A DNA stretch of 59,475 nucleotides from Octopus bimaculoides (taxonomy: Eukaryota), in the NCBI RefSeq assembly GCF_001194135.2, contig NC_068984.1:58790982-58850456 (forward strand). The letters run 5' to 3'. This document shows, piece after piece, positions 59,298-59,475 of the stretch (positions are counted from its first letter, which is position 1; each line of letters opens with the position of its first letter). A program made the translations under genes and the position numbers. A model generated the notes under the pieces. It searched no databases and was not told where the DNA came from. It saw nothing but the letters and a program-made list of their open reading frames with translations.

Positions 59298-59475
59298 TCA
59301 TCATCATCATCATCATCGTTTAATGTCCGCTTTCCATGCTAGCATGGGTTGGACGATTTGACTGAGGACTGGTGAAACCGGATGGCAACACCAGGCTCCA
59401 GTCTGATTTGGCAGAGTTTCTACAGCTGGATGCCCTTCCTAACGCCAACCACTCAGAGAGTGTAGTGGGTGCTTT
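59298..59475 (-). mobile_element. SINE family B, young subfamily, cut by the window end
   Basis: Near-identity to the 31969 and 36049 copies. Confidence 0.9.

Overview
AT-rich animal genomic DNA from a draft scaffold with 7 N-gaps. It is dominated by microsatellites, four tRNA-derived or RTE-tailed SINE families, decayed RTE and R4-clade LINE fragments, and non-autonomous Tc1/mariner, pogo/Tigger, hAT and piggyBac-type elements. The repeat families look like those I recall from Octopus; that is recognition from memory, not a database hit. None of the listed ORFs is a convincing intact cellular gene. CpG frequency, judged by eye and not counted, is near normal at 1-1.8 kb and about 46.5-56.7 kb and strongly depleted at about 1.8-46.5 kb and after about 56.7 kb. 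Together with splice signals, this suggests one unidentified intron-rich gene on the minus strand. Its candidate first coding exon is 47976-48013, its candidate last exon starts at 2397, and a poly(A) signal lies at 1829-1834. A divergent plus-strand transcript may start in the same CpG-retaining region. The most unusual structures are: an 890-bp foldback transposon built from two copies of the same Tc1/mariner 3' end (16037-16926); a perfect 60-bp-stem hairpin (206-346) near a hammerhead-like motif (709-742); a six-unit head-to-tail SINE array with a CpG-decay step (56465-57715); a 370-bp imperfect inverted repeat (57810-58182); and nested inverted SINEs that could form intronic dsRNA. I found no CRISPR array, rRNA, intact tRNA or intact transposase, and I cannot claim a new biological system from this sequence alone.
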